Source: Nemertoderma westbladi (taxonomy: Eukaryota; Animalia; Xenacoelomorpha). From it: 64,000 bases of DNA. The first letter of the stretch is position 1, and each line of letters starts with the position of its first letter. A model generated the notes under the pieces. The model was not told the DNA's origin, searched no databases, and saw only the letters and a program-made list of their open reading frames with translations. The stretch is from contig JAUCBJ010008122.1 in NCBI GenBank assembly GCA_032718475.1, forward strand, positions 26,889 through 90,888. Reading direction: 5' to 3'. Positions 46,242 through 58,400 of the stretch are shown in pieces. The translations under genes were made by a program, and so were the position numbers.

Positions 46242-46520
46242 GGATCCTGAGTTACTATCTCGGGATCCCGAGTTAGTATCTCGGGATCCCGAGTTAGTAT
46301 CTCGGGATCCCTACTTATTATCTCGGGATCTCGAGTTACTATCTCGGGATCCCGAGTTTGTATCTCGGGATCCCTACTTATTATCTCGGGATCCCGAGTT
46401 ATTATCTCGGGATCCCGAGTTACTATCTCGGGATCCCTACTTATTATCTCGGGATCCCGAGTTATTATCTCGGGATCCCGAGTTACTATCTCGGGATCCC
46501 GACTTATTATCTCGAGATCC
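46213..46520. repeat. 21-bp tandem repeat GAGTTA(C/T)TATCTCGGGATCCC, about 14 units, first unit inverted
   Basis: Read directly; unit junctions form the palindrome CTCGGGATCCCGAG. Confidence 0.92.
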
Positions 46521-47076
46521 ACTTGTTTAATTGATCATTCGGAAACTAGAAACGCGGCGAGGTGGGTAGCGTGAAACGAACCTGCCCCCCCCCCCCACTT
46601 TTGACATTTTTTGAAAAACGTTTGGCCATATATAATAATATACGTACAGATTTGGAATCTTCGCAATTACGCCCACAAACACTAAGGATTCCCCAAAGGG
46701 ATTTGATTTTGGTAGTGCATTTTAAATGAACATTTTATCTACAAAATCACGTCCCTTTAGCGGTTGGTCCGGCTCCATAAACAACAAATAAATAAAAATA
46801 CCCATGCCATAATTTGCGGTATCTGCGTGGATTTTCCGGGGAAAAGATTTACGACTTAAGTTTGAATTAATAGAAATTATATTTATATATTAATTATGTA
46901 ACAAAATTATAATAATACACTGCTTTATTGATTGCATAAAGATGAAACTAGGAAAATGTGCGAATCTCTTTAGTCTTTATGTAGAAATTGCATGTCACAC
47001 CATTGGAATATATGATACATGCGCGTGACATACACTGGCTGGCTTCGCTTGCGTCTCCCGTAGCTTGTCCCATTTC

Positions 47077-50000
47077 CTGGGTCTCCCATCACCTACCATT
47101 CGGGTCTCCCATCTACTACCATTACTCGGGTCTCCCATCTCCCACCATTATTTGGGTCTCCCATCTCCTACTATTATCTCTCGGGTCTCCCATCTCCTAC
47201 CATTAATCGGGTCTCCCATCTCCTACCATTACTCGGGTCTCCCATCTCCTACCATTACTCGGGTCTCCCATCTGCTACCATTACTTGGGTCTCCCATCTG
47301 CTACCATTACTTGGGTCTCCCATATCTTACCATTACTCGGGTCTCCCATCTGCTACCATTACTTGGGTCTCCCATCTCTTACCATTACTCGGGTCTCCCA
47401 TCTGCTACCATTACTTGGGTCTCCCATCTCCTACCATTACTCGGGTCTCCCATCTGCTACCATTACTTGGGTCTCCCATCTCTTACCATTACTCGGGTCT
47501 CCCATCTGCTACCATTACTTGGGTCTCCCATCTCCTACCATTACTCGGGTCTCCCATCTGCTACCATTACTTGGGTCTCCCATATCTTACCATTACTCGG
47601 GTCTCCCATCTCTTACCATTAATCGGGTCTCCCATCTCCTACCATTACTCGGGTCTCCCATCTGCTACCATTACTTGGGTCTCCCATCTTCCACCATTAC
47701 TTGGGTCTCCCATCTCTTACCATTACTCGGGTCTCCCATCTCCTACCATTACTCGGGTCTCCCATCCCCTACCATTACTCGGGTCTCCCATCTCTTACCA
47801 TTACTTGGGTCTCCCATCTCCTACTATTATCACTCAGGTCTCCCATCTCCTACCATTACCCGGGTCTCCCATCTCTTACCATTAATCGGGTCTCCCATCT
47901 CCTACCATTACTCGGGTCTCCCATCTGCTACCATTACTTGGGTCTCCCATCTTCCACCATTACTTGGGTGTCCCATCTCGTACAATTACTTGGGTCTCCC
48001 ATATCTTACCATTACTCGGGTCTCTCATCTGCTACCATTACTTGGGTCTCCCATCTCTTAACTATTACTCGGGTCTCCCATCTGCTACCATTACTTGGGT
48101 CTCCCATCTCCTACCATTACTCGGGTCTCCCATCTGCTACCATTACTTGGGTGTCCCATATCTTACCATTACTCGGGTCTCCCATCTGCTACCATTACTT
48201 GGGTCTCCCATCTTCCACCATTACTTGGGTCTCCCATCTCTTACCATTACTCGGGTCTCCCATCTCCTACCATTACTCGGGTCTCCCATCTCCCACCATT
48301 ATTTGGGTCTCCCATCTCCTACTATTATTACTCGGGTCTCCCATCTCCTACCATTACTCGGGTCTCCCATCTCCTACCATTACTTGGGTCTCCCATCTCC
48401 TACTATTATTACTCGGGTCTCCCATCTCCTACCATTACTTGGGTCTCCCATCTCCCACCATTATTTGGGTCTCCCATCTCCTACTATTATTACTCGGGTC
48501 TCCCATCTCCTACCATTACTCGGGTCTCCCATCTCCTACCATTACTTGGGTCTCCCATCTCCCACCATTATTTGGGTCTCCCATCTCCTACCATTACTCG
48601 GGTCTCCCATCTCCTACCATTACTTGGGTCTCCCATCTCCCACCATTATTTGGGTCTCCCATCTCCTAGTATTATTACTCGGGTCTCCCATCTCCTACCA
48701 TTACTCGGGTCTCCCATCTCCTACCATTACTTGGGTCTCCCATCTCCCACCATTATTTGGGTCTCCCATCTCCTACCATTACTCGGGTCTCCCATCTCCT
48801 ACCATTACTCGGGTCTCCCATCTCCTACCATTACTTGGGTCTCCCATCTCCCACCATTATTTGGGTCTCCCATCTCCTAGTATTATTACTCGGGTCTCCC
48901 ATCTCCTACCATTACTCGGGTCTCCCATCTCCTACCATTACTTGGGTCTCCCATCTCTTACCATTACTCGGGTCTCCCATCTCCTACCATTACTCGGGTC
49001 TCCCATCTCCTACCATTACTCGGGTCTCCCATCTCCTACCATTACTCGGGTCTCCCATCTCCACCATTATGGGTTCCCATCTCCTACTCGGGTATCTCCT
49101 ACTCGGGTCTCCCATCTCCTACCATTACTCGGGTCTCCCATCTCCTACCATTACTTGGGTCTCCCATCTCCTACCATTACTTGGGTCTCCCATCTCTTAC
49201 CATTACTCGGGTCTCCCATCTCCTACCATTACTCGGGTCTCCCATCCCCTACCATTACTCGGGTCTCCCATCTCCTACCATTACTTGGGTCTCCCATCTC
49301 CCACCATTATTTGGGTCTCCCATCTCCTACTATTATTACTCGGGTCTCCCATCTCCCATCTCCTACTATTATTACTCGGGTCTCCCATCTCCCACCATCA
49401 TTTGGGTCTCCCATCTCCTACTATTATTACTCGGGTCTCCCATCTCCTACCATTACTCGGGTCTCCCATCTACTACCATTCCTTGGGTCTCCCATCACCT
49501 ACTATTATTACTCGGGTCTCCCATCTCCTACCATTACTTGGGTCTCCCATCTCTTACCATTACTCGGGTCTCCCATCTCCCACCATTACTTGGGTCTCCC
49601 ATCTCTTACCATTACTCGGGTCTCCCATCTCCTACTATTATTTCTCGGGTCTCCCATCTCCTACCATTACTCGGGTCTCCCATCTCCCACCATTACTCTG
49701 GTCTCCCATCTCCTACCATTACTCGGGTCTCCCATCTCCTACCATTACTCTGGTCTCCCATCTCCTACCATTACTCGGGTCTCCCATCTCCTACCATTAC
49801 TCTGGTCTCCCATCTCCTACCATTACTCGGGTCTCCCATCTCCTACCATTACTCGGGTCTCCCATCTCCTACCATTACTCGGGTCTCCCATCTCCTACCA
49901 TTACTCGGGTCTCCCATCTCCTACCATTACTCGGGTCTCCCATCTCCTACCATTACTTGGGTGTCCCATTTCCTACCATTACTCGGGTCTCCCATCTCGT

Positions 50001-50152
50001 ACCATTACTTGGGTCTCCCATCTCGTACCATTACTTGGGTGTCCCATTTCCTACCATTACTTGGGTCTCCCATATCCTACCATTACTTGGGTCTCCCATC
50101 TCCTACCATTATTTGGGTCTCCCATCTCCTACCATTACTCGGGTCTCCCATT
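47077..50152 (+). repeat. Minisatellite, 26-bp unit CTCGGGTCTCCCATCTCCTACCATTA with 29-bp variants, roughly 115 copies
   Basis: Continuous array with strong C/T strand bias, ending about 50 bp from the MED23 stop codon. Confidence 0.97.
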
Positions 50153-50204
50153 TTCCTCATATTCGCCGTCTCTACCTACCCACATGGTCCCGAGTTCAAC
50201 CCCA

Positions 50205-51511
50205 CTACCCCACCATAGAATCCGCCTGCTTCCCCATTAGGAACCTCAACCGGTTGAACAACTTGGGCTTGAGACTGGGCCGCACCCGCTCGACGTCCTG
50301 TTTGGTTTCGTCTCCGGCGAACATGTACTTGACGTGGTAGAGAAAGTCGGCGACATCGTCCAACGACCCGTCCTCGATTCCCGATCGCTGTTCCACGCGC
50401 GAGATCATATCGTAGACTTCGGAGACGGACTCAAACAGCAACCGGGAGCGTTCGGCGTTGAACCGAATGAGCACCGGGCCGACCAACTCCATCACAAAGA
50501 CCAACTGCGTCGAGTTGAACACAACCGGTTTCAATCGGTCCCGTAACACTACCGGAATATCGCTGATAAATCCCATGTTTCCTAGAGACCAAACAACCTG
50601 GATCAAAGTCATACACAGTCTGGGGAAACGCATGGAGCCAGATTGGTCGCCGAATGGAGCGGTGGGTGGACCCAATGAACCCGACGGGTCACCTGATAGA
50701 CCCAACAAACCCGACGGGTCAGCCACCTCCAACGAACTAGGAAGGTCCCGAATTACGTCTACCAACTTCCCATAAAGGAAATCGAGGTAAGAATCCGGCA
50801 GAGTCGTTAACAACTGAGCGACAGCGTTGATCCACTCCATAGACTCATCCGTCGAGCTCCCATTGGCTGCCACGAGAGCCAATAAGGTGGCCGCGACCTC
50901 TCCGTCGCTCAGCGGGAGGGCCATTAGCTCGACGCACACACAGTGTAGCAGATGGTAAGCGAAGTTGGGGAACTCGTGAAAGCGCCAGTCGACGCCGGGG
51001 GTACACGGGGACCCGTTAGAAGCCAGGGTCTCCACCAGGGGGCTAATCAACCGCGAGAAATACTCGCTAGATGGAGCCCATCTTGGAGTAGTATCTGTCT
51101 GTGGCGTCTTAGAGTAATCGAAAAACTCAGGAGTGACGTAAGCCACGCCTTTGTGACTGTGACGTAATGAGTTTGTTATGACGTGAACGAGTTTGCGGCG
51201 CAACCCCTGTTTCTCCTGGAGGATTCTGTGGTAGTAGTGGAGGGAGTTGTAGAGGAAGGTGATGGGTCTGGGATGGGCGGTGTAGAGGGCCCCGAGATGG
51301 TCGAGTAGGGCGTCGAGGCTGCCGTGCATCGCAGGTAACTCTATGAGGCGGTGGATGATGACGTCAAAGACTGGCAGGAAGCGGAGACATACATTGGAGA
51401 TGTAGGAGGGAAGGTAGTCCGAGTTGGTTGGGGGGTCGGAGGGAGGGTTGCTAGGGGCAGGTTGGTCCGGTGGTGCGGTATCAATAATAGAATCCGTCTC
51501 AGATTTTATTA
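50205..51511 (-). CDS. MED23: Mediator complex subunit 23, exon 2 (C-terminal)
   Basis: YLPSYISNVCLRFLPVFDVIIHRLIEL...LLDHLGALY..HPRPITFLYNSLHYY, DWRFHEFPNFAYHLLHCVCVELMALP and DFLYHVKYMFAGD match recalled MED23 motifs. Phase-1 acceptor TTTTATGTTTAG ends at 51512. Confidence 0.9.
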
Positions 51512-51845
51512 CTAAACATAAAATTGAATTTTCGTCAAATATAAGGCTATAAGAGGATGCCAATTTATATTAAGATAAGAATAATTTTTAGAAATAGAAA
51601 TGCAAAAAGATTCAACATGTACTATATTTACTACAGACAATAAATATTTAGTCTTCATTTTTCATATTATAACTTTAACAAACACCTACCGGTAAATCCC
51701 CCACCATTTTATTTTTTCAAATCAGAATTCATCCAATCCAATGACAACTAATTGGTAACTATGGTAACTCCCAAAAATGAAACTGAAACCTGTTCATTCT
51801 CCTCTCCTTTAATTGATAATGTAATATTGGTTATTGAGACGGAGT

Positions 51846-52030
51846 ATTAATTTGCCGTGATGGGATTCCCCCCACCCCCCATATTAATTTGCCGTGATGG
51901 GATTCCCCCCACCCCCCATATTAATTTGCCGCGATGGGATTCCCCCCACCCCCCATATTAATTTGCCGCGATGGGATTCCCCCCACCCCCCATATTAATT
52001 TGCCGTGATGGGATTCCCCCCACCCCCCAT
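51846..52030. repeat. Five copies of a 37-bp repeat in the MED23 intron
   Basis: ATTAATTTGCCG(T/C)GATGGGATTCCCCCCACCCCCCAT x5. Confidence 0.95.
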
Positions 52031-52783
52031 TATTTCGTACCATTATGACTGAACTGGTCCAATTTTAAATTTTAAACTTATTTCGTTACAACAAGCCATA
52101 GTTTCTATTTACCAGTACTCGAGCAAAGCTAAACAAAGAAAAATAAAATATGCAATAAATTGTATTTATTTGTATTGAATTAATGAGTTTCGCACAACGA
52201 AATCGTGCAGCGCGACACTTTCCGCGGCATTTTCCATCAGTATATTATGGGGCGCCATTCTGGTCAATTCTGGCGAGATGTCATTCTCGCAGCGAGATGT
52301 CATTCTCGCAGCGAGATCTATTACAGTAGGTTCCTGGGAAATGCTGGCCACCTGAATGGTTTTTAAGTTATACAGTAGTGTGTCGAGTTGAGAAGATACT
52401 TTTCTCATGTTTTTTTTCTGACCAAAAATTTCAAAAAACATTTCTCGTAGCCAGTATTGACAATCGATTCCCTATCAAAAATAACGCAAAAAAACTTGGG
52501 GGGGGGGGGTATTTTTTTTTTTAGATCCTACGTTATCGTTGGGGGGGGGGGGGGGGGGGGGGCGTACACCTAACAGGATATTATCTCGTTATTTAATTCA
52601 ATTTTAATTTATTTAGGAGATTTAGTAAATATTGATTTATGTCTAAACAACGCGTTTGAATTATCCGGATATCTCGCGGAAGTATTACTTGCTAAACAGG
52701 ATTACTTTAATACGGCTTGTTGAAAATAAATAAATTGAAATAGTAAATTCTAGCAAGGCCACTAACAGTAAGAAACAACTAAC

Positions 52784-55688
52784 CAGCAGTTGAATCACCT
52801 CGCAATCCCTCGTAATAGAGTCTATCCTGGTAGACATTGACGAAGGGCTGCTGGACGTGGTTGAAATAATCCAGGGTCTCGTGGGGGCGGGCGACGTAGG
52901 ATTCTACGAAGGCTGTAACCCGGTTACGGAACTCGTTAGGAATGAGCAGAAGGAACTGGACCATAATGAAAACAACCTGGGACTCGTTACCCTCGTGCGC
53001 ACGGAAGACCAAATGGAGAAGGAAGTCGTCCAGAGTGAACAAGTTGTAGCGCCAGATGAGATCGTTTAGTATGAAGACGTACTTGGTGATGAGGACTTTG
53101 GTGCCGACCTTGGATGTGAACTCGTGGACGAGATAGTCGCAGAAGAAACGGATGTGTGGGGCCATTCCGACGGAGCGGACGGCCTTCATCGCGGCCGCGG
53201 CAATGGGAGGAATGGATTCTGTGTCGACGAGAAGTCGCCACAGCACGCACAACAGACAGGGAGACTGGGGGACCGAGTAGTAAGCGACTAGTTCCGATTC
53301 CGAGCTCAATGATTCCCATTTACGGTACTCGACGTCAACAGTCTGGAGAATCTGTTCGCGAGACGGGATCGGTTTCATCGTCTGTCGAAGGAAAGTCTGT
53401 AGACTTTGGGGAAAACAAGATAAAACCCAGGAGGTAAAAGCGAAAGGAGTGGAGGTCATTACCTTCTGCAGGATCTCGTGGCACCAACCTACAGTGATCT
53501 CCACACCATTGGAGACCATAGTCTTCGCCAGGGTGAGTACCAGTAGTTTGTTGAGTTCCTCGCTGTCCGTGGCAATGAGACAACTCACGTCCACATCGGG
53601 ACGGGTCAACACCGAGCTGAGTTCGTAGCTGTCCAACCCGAGGAGAACGGAGAGACGGGCGGATTCGAGATGGAGGAGGAGTTGGGGGTGGTTGATGAGT
53701 GGTGCGAGTCGGTTGAGGGCGCCCAGTAGGGGAATCATAGCGCGTGGATGGGAGTGGGGGGAGCGGTGGGTGAAGAGTTCGAGCAGAACGTGGAGGGCCG
53801 GGTAGCAACGGGACTTAGCGAGGTTGCTAAGGAGGTCGGTAGTGACGACCACCTTAATGGCGAAGACATCCGTCTCCGAGTAGCAGAATAATCGGGATAA
53901 TGTCTCTATGAGAGCGGGAGGAGGGTAGACCCATAGGTTGCTGGGTGTTGATTGGCCTTCAGGAGCAGACTGGTTGCTAGGGTATTTTTTAAGGCGACCC
54001 TGTAGATGAAAGACAATGTACATCTTTAGGTAGACGGACATTGAGTCTATTAGCTGTACACTGAGTGGTTGAGTTATATCGAGCAGCGGCGGGGCGTCGG
54101 CCAGACGTATTACTGACGCCTCCAGCGGCCGTTCTGGAACCGGACACACACGGTCTAGGATCAATCCAGCCGCACGTTCGAACTGCCACGAGTTCGTCGA
54201 GTAAATCGAGTTGCAGACGAGTATAAGCGAGTGGATATCGGCGTCGAGGTTCTGGGCGGCCACGACGCTTCTAACGAAATCAACCGATTTACTCAGAGAT
54301 TTCGGTGGGCGAATCATCTCGATACACCCGGGGTTATCCGCCTCTACTTTAGATAAAACTACGCACCACAAGGAGGCGCTGGAGAGTTCCTTCATAGCCG
54401 AAACCGAGTCGCAAGAGTGATTATCTTCGGCGGAAGTTTCACCATCTACGATACGAATTGAATCTCCATAAAGTAACTTAACTAATTCAAAGACAGACAG
54501 ACAATCGTTGACTGGAAGTTTCGGAAGAATCTGAGTGATACAATGAGCGATAAGAGACAGAATTCTACAACGACCAGATACGGAAACTATCGGCTTATCA
54601 GTTTTATTAATATGATTAATTAACCCGATAATTAAGTCTTTCATGCTAATCCACTGTTGTTGTATGTAAGTGAGTAATTGGCTCTCCACTGCATCTAATT
54701 CATTGAGCCATTGGCCTTCCCCAGTTAGGTAACTAAAAAGAATGTCTACGAGGATTTTCTCGAGATGAAGCCACCTGTCTTTATGGATTTTACCAGATGA
54801 TAGCAGTTTTATCAAGGATTCGTAGCTGAACATCTGACTGACTACATACCTTAGTAACGCCTCTTGCGGGGCGAGATGAACTGGACTGTATGGGAGACTG
54901 CCTTTACGGACTATCTGTAAGGTGTCGCTATCGATATGGTAGTTAATACTTATAGGAAAGCTGGGAGCCACAACCGGTTTTAGTTTGTTACGATACGGGA
55001 TAGTTAGGGATTTAGTTAAAGGCCGGAAAGAATCCACTAACTCTAGAATAGGTTTAGCAATAAGTGGGTGAACTTTGTTCTCACTTACTTTACTGTAGTC
55101 GCCCATAATCGGGTAAATACGGATGATTTCTGCGAGTGCCAGGTAGCTTGGCATCAGACAAGTATCGCGGCTAATTAAGTAAGTAAATAAGGTTGATATT
55201 GCTGAGTATTGCGGTTTAGACGAAGGAGTGCAGTTAGATGGTAGAATACAAATAATATTAATAAGAGACTTAACGAGATCGCGGGATTCTTTGTAGCTCA
55301 GTAAGGGTAGGAGTTTGGTGACTACTTCCATTGTTCGTAACCAGACGTCCTTAGCTGTATACACTAATGCAGGGTTGTCTAGCAACGATGTACACACCGG
55401 CTTAGCGGGGACCACTCCCGATTCGGCAGTGTGGCAGAGCAACTCTATTAATAAGGTTCGATTGCCGCGTCGTGGTTGCTCGTTTATTATTCGCATGTAC
55501 GTGTCGATAGCCGCTTCGTGGGTCTCCGGCGGGAGGGACATCCAGATGGTTTTAAACTCCCCTGAGAAACAACTGAGTTTATCGGTTGGCGACGGCCTCA
55601 CAAACATACCACTGAACGCATCTTCAAGGAGGTCCATCTGAAAGGCGTCGTTCATTATAGTTCTTATCCTTTTCTCAAATTCCTCCAT
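52784..55688 (-). CDS. MED23: Mediator complex subunit 23, exon 1; joined product about 1403 aa
   Basis: PPALIETLSRL, DSEELNKLLVLTLA, LNDLIWRYNLFTLDDFLLHL..RAHEGNESQV and EFRNRV..FV are MED23-type motifs. Donor G|GTTAGT at 52783 is phase 1, compatible with the acceptor at 51512 (2905 + 1307 nt = 1404 codons). Confidence 0.9.
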
Positions 55689-56739
55689 TACAGTACCGGT
55701 ATTACAGTATTGGAGATCGTCTCCGTTCAGTCGTTACGTATAACAGTATAACATATAACAGTATAAATACTGCAATATCGAAAAAAACTTTAGAGATTGA
55801 TGACGATTGAAATAGACGCTTATCGGTGTAGCGACGGTAGGAATCAGTGAGATAATATAATAATTCGCCTTTGTTTTATGCTGGCGCTGTACAATACCGG
55901 TACCGGTATCGTTACAGGTATACACTACCCAGCAGGGACGGAGTAACCTATACAGCTATAGACAAACTAGACAATATAAAATAGACAAACTATAAAAAAA
56001 CGGTGCTGCGGTGCCTAGGGGCCTCTGCTCAAGGGGGGCTCCAAAAAATGCATTAAAAATAATACATATAAATAATAAATGCAAATAAAATAATAAAAAT
56101 TTGGACGCAAATAACAGCTGAATACGAGCAAAAATAAAACTGTAACTTGTTCTATTGTGTTTAGTTTATTGTTTTGGTTAAAATAACGTGACACTGTAAC
56201 CTGCTCCTTTCCCTAAATTGAGAATTTAACATTGAGGCGGAATATAAATTCGCCAAAGCGGGTTTTGCGTCGAGTCCCCCCCCCCCCCCCCCCCCCCTGT
56301 CTCAAAAATTATCAGTCAGTCAGTAGGTACAAAAAGTTAATTTAAAGTAAATTTAAATAATAATGATAATACTGTGTTTGAGTTGAGCCCGAAAACTAGT
56401 GGCCTCCTCTACAGTACCTTCCCTTCCCGAGTACTCTACATAGGGGTGTACAGACGCACAAGGAAATACTTTACCGGTTATATTAACTATAACCATTGTC
56501 GCTGTATACAGCTATGCCAATACCTGAGCGCGTATGTTTTTTTAGCAACATTATTTTATAAAGAACAATTTGAGTGCAAATATTTTTTTATCTCTTTATC
56601 CGATTCATGTGCCTGTAAATTCTGTCACTCGCCCATTACAGATAAATTCCATATCTTGGTCTGTTAATCTGCCCCATCTCTCGCAACCCTAGCAAACGTT
56701 TAATCTATTTATTTTATAATTTAGCATGTTCCTATTTTA

Positions 56740-57100
56740 GTCTCGATATTTTTACTCTCGATATTTTTACTCACGATATTTTTACTCTCGATATTTTTAC
56801 TATCGATATTTTTACTCCCGATATTTTTTTTTTTTTTTTTTTTTACTCTCGTTGTTTTTACTCTCGATATTTTTGCTCTCGATATTTTTACTCACGATGT
56901 TTTTACTCTCGATATTTTTTGCTCTCGGTGTTTTTGTTCTCGATATTTTTGCTCTCGATTTGATATTTTTTTTGAACTCGCGATATTATCGATATTTTCA
57001 TATATTTTCGATATTTTCAACACTCGATATATTTACTCGCGTTATTTTTACACTCGATATTTTTCATATCTCGGTATTTTTCATATCTCGGTATTTTTCA
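56740..57100. repeat. Degenerate 16-bp tandem repeat CTCGATATTTTTACT(C)
   Basis: Read directly; interrupted by a poly-T tract. Confidence 0.85.
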
Positions 57101-57889
57101 ATATAACCTTATTTTACAATAATATAACATTAATCCCTTTAGATAATTAATTTTCAATTTTATTATCGATTCATATAGTCGAGTAGACGCTTGGTACATT
57201 TTACTGACGAACCGTTCTCCAGCGTATGACTGCAATTTTATTTGCTCATGATGTTGTTCAACATTATAACAATAAATGTTCGCTATAAAGACTTTGGGAA
57301 AGGTTGAGCAATTTTTTTTATTGCCGTTTGTTTGGAGGATAAAATCATAACAAAATTACCAAAAAAATGTTAATCTATGTAGAGAATGTGTTAGCAACAA
57401 CATTAAACATTCTAGAATATTATGTTTTTATGATTCAAAACACAGTAATAAGTTACATTTAGGTAATGAAAATAACCTTAAAGAGAGTTGGAGGCGACGA
57501 GTGCTTTGACTAAAATAATTAAAAAATATTGTGATTAATAGTGACATTTAGTTTTGAGAAAGATTGCCTTATCTGGATCTACCGCCTTATGTAAGGCGAT
57601 AGATCCAAAAAATCCAAAAGTTGGAAACGCAAGAAAAATGCAGCGATAGCAATATGAGAAAGGACTTTTACCATTTGCGAAACAAGATTGCCACGATACG
57701 AAGAATTAGCTGGAAATTTGAAGATTCCGTTGGATTTGGGAGATGGTGAGCTTGAAGACCTAACTATTTTGGGAACCCGATTCTATCGAAGTTGTTACGT
57801 CAATTTTAAAGGTAATATACTTAATGAACAAATTAGGTTGAACGAGCTGTACTGTATGCCTCGCAGTTAAATGTCCATCCTTACTCTTT

Positions 57890-58400
57890 TCGAATGTGGT
57901 GTTTGTAGGTATCAATGACTTTATAAGCCCAGTAAGATCTTCTAGTCCTTGACTGCTTGTTCTGGCTCTGATGCATTGGTTGGATTGTAGCAACACATTG
58001 CTGATGTCTTGTGATTCCCACCATAAATGTTGTAATTATATTAGTTTATGATCCCGGAATTTTTATATACGATGGGGTTTAGTGTCAGAAGTGTAAATGG
58101 ACTTAGGAGAATTCATACTCAACCAATTGAAACTTTGACCGAATTGCTTTCTGCTGAATTTGCAGACTGGAAGTGGATGGACGTTATAAACGTCCATTTC
58201 AAATGTCATTCATTATACTTGATGGCAATGTCTCATGACTAATCTGATATTCTTGAATACAAATGATGTTGATGTAATATTCCATTGCCAGAGCTGCAAT
58301 AATGTTTGCTAAGCAGTTTTAGAGTGCGTGCTTTCATTGTAGCAATATTTAGTGTCTTTCTAAGTTTCAACAGGTTGGTTCTCATTCTGCTCGACCTTCT
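57890..58400 (-). pseudogene. Decayed RTE-clade apurinic endonuclease fragment
   Basis: Minus-strand pieces LNIATMKARTL, KWTFITS...NSVKVSIG*V*ILLSP (IGGVGILLSP with two stops) and GNHKTSAMCCYNPTNAS resemble RTE APE motifs. Confidence 0.7.

Noticed and set aside
46145-46522. ORF of RDPEIIS heptad repeats
   Set aside because: Translation of the 21-bp DNA repeat, GTG start, no independent coding evidence.
50165-50205. B-box-like GGTCCCGAGTTCAACCCC suggesting a tRNA or SINE
   Set aside because: No A-box or cloverleaf, and too short to call.
46988-50340. Long ORFs up to 758 aa (GLPSPTITRVSHLLPLLGSPISYHYS repeats)
   Set aside because: All three + frames are open only because the 26/29-bp unit lacks stop codons; starts are TTG and there is no unique domain.
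52857-55641. Antisense and alternate-frame ORFs overlapping MED23 (similar ones overlap gag and the lectin)
   Set aside because: Shadow ORFs expected in GC-richer coding DNA, with no recognisable motifs.
57600-57870. Coding-like fragment (PLDLGDGELEDLTILGTRFYRSCYVNF)
   Set aside because: May be a decayed transposon protein, but it is too short and degenerate to assign without a search.
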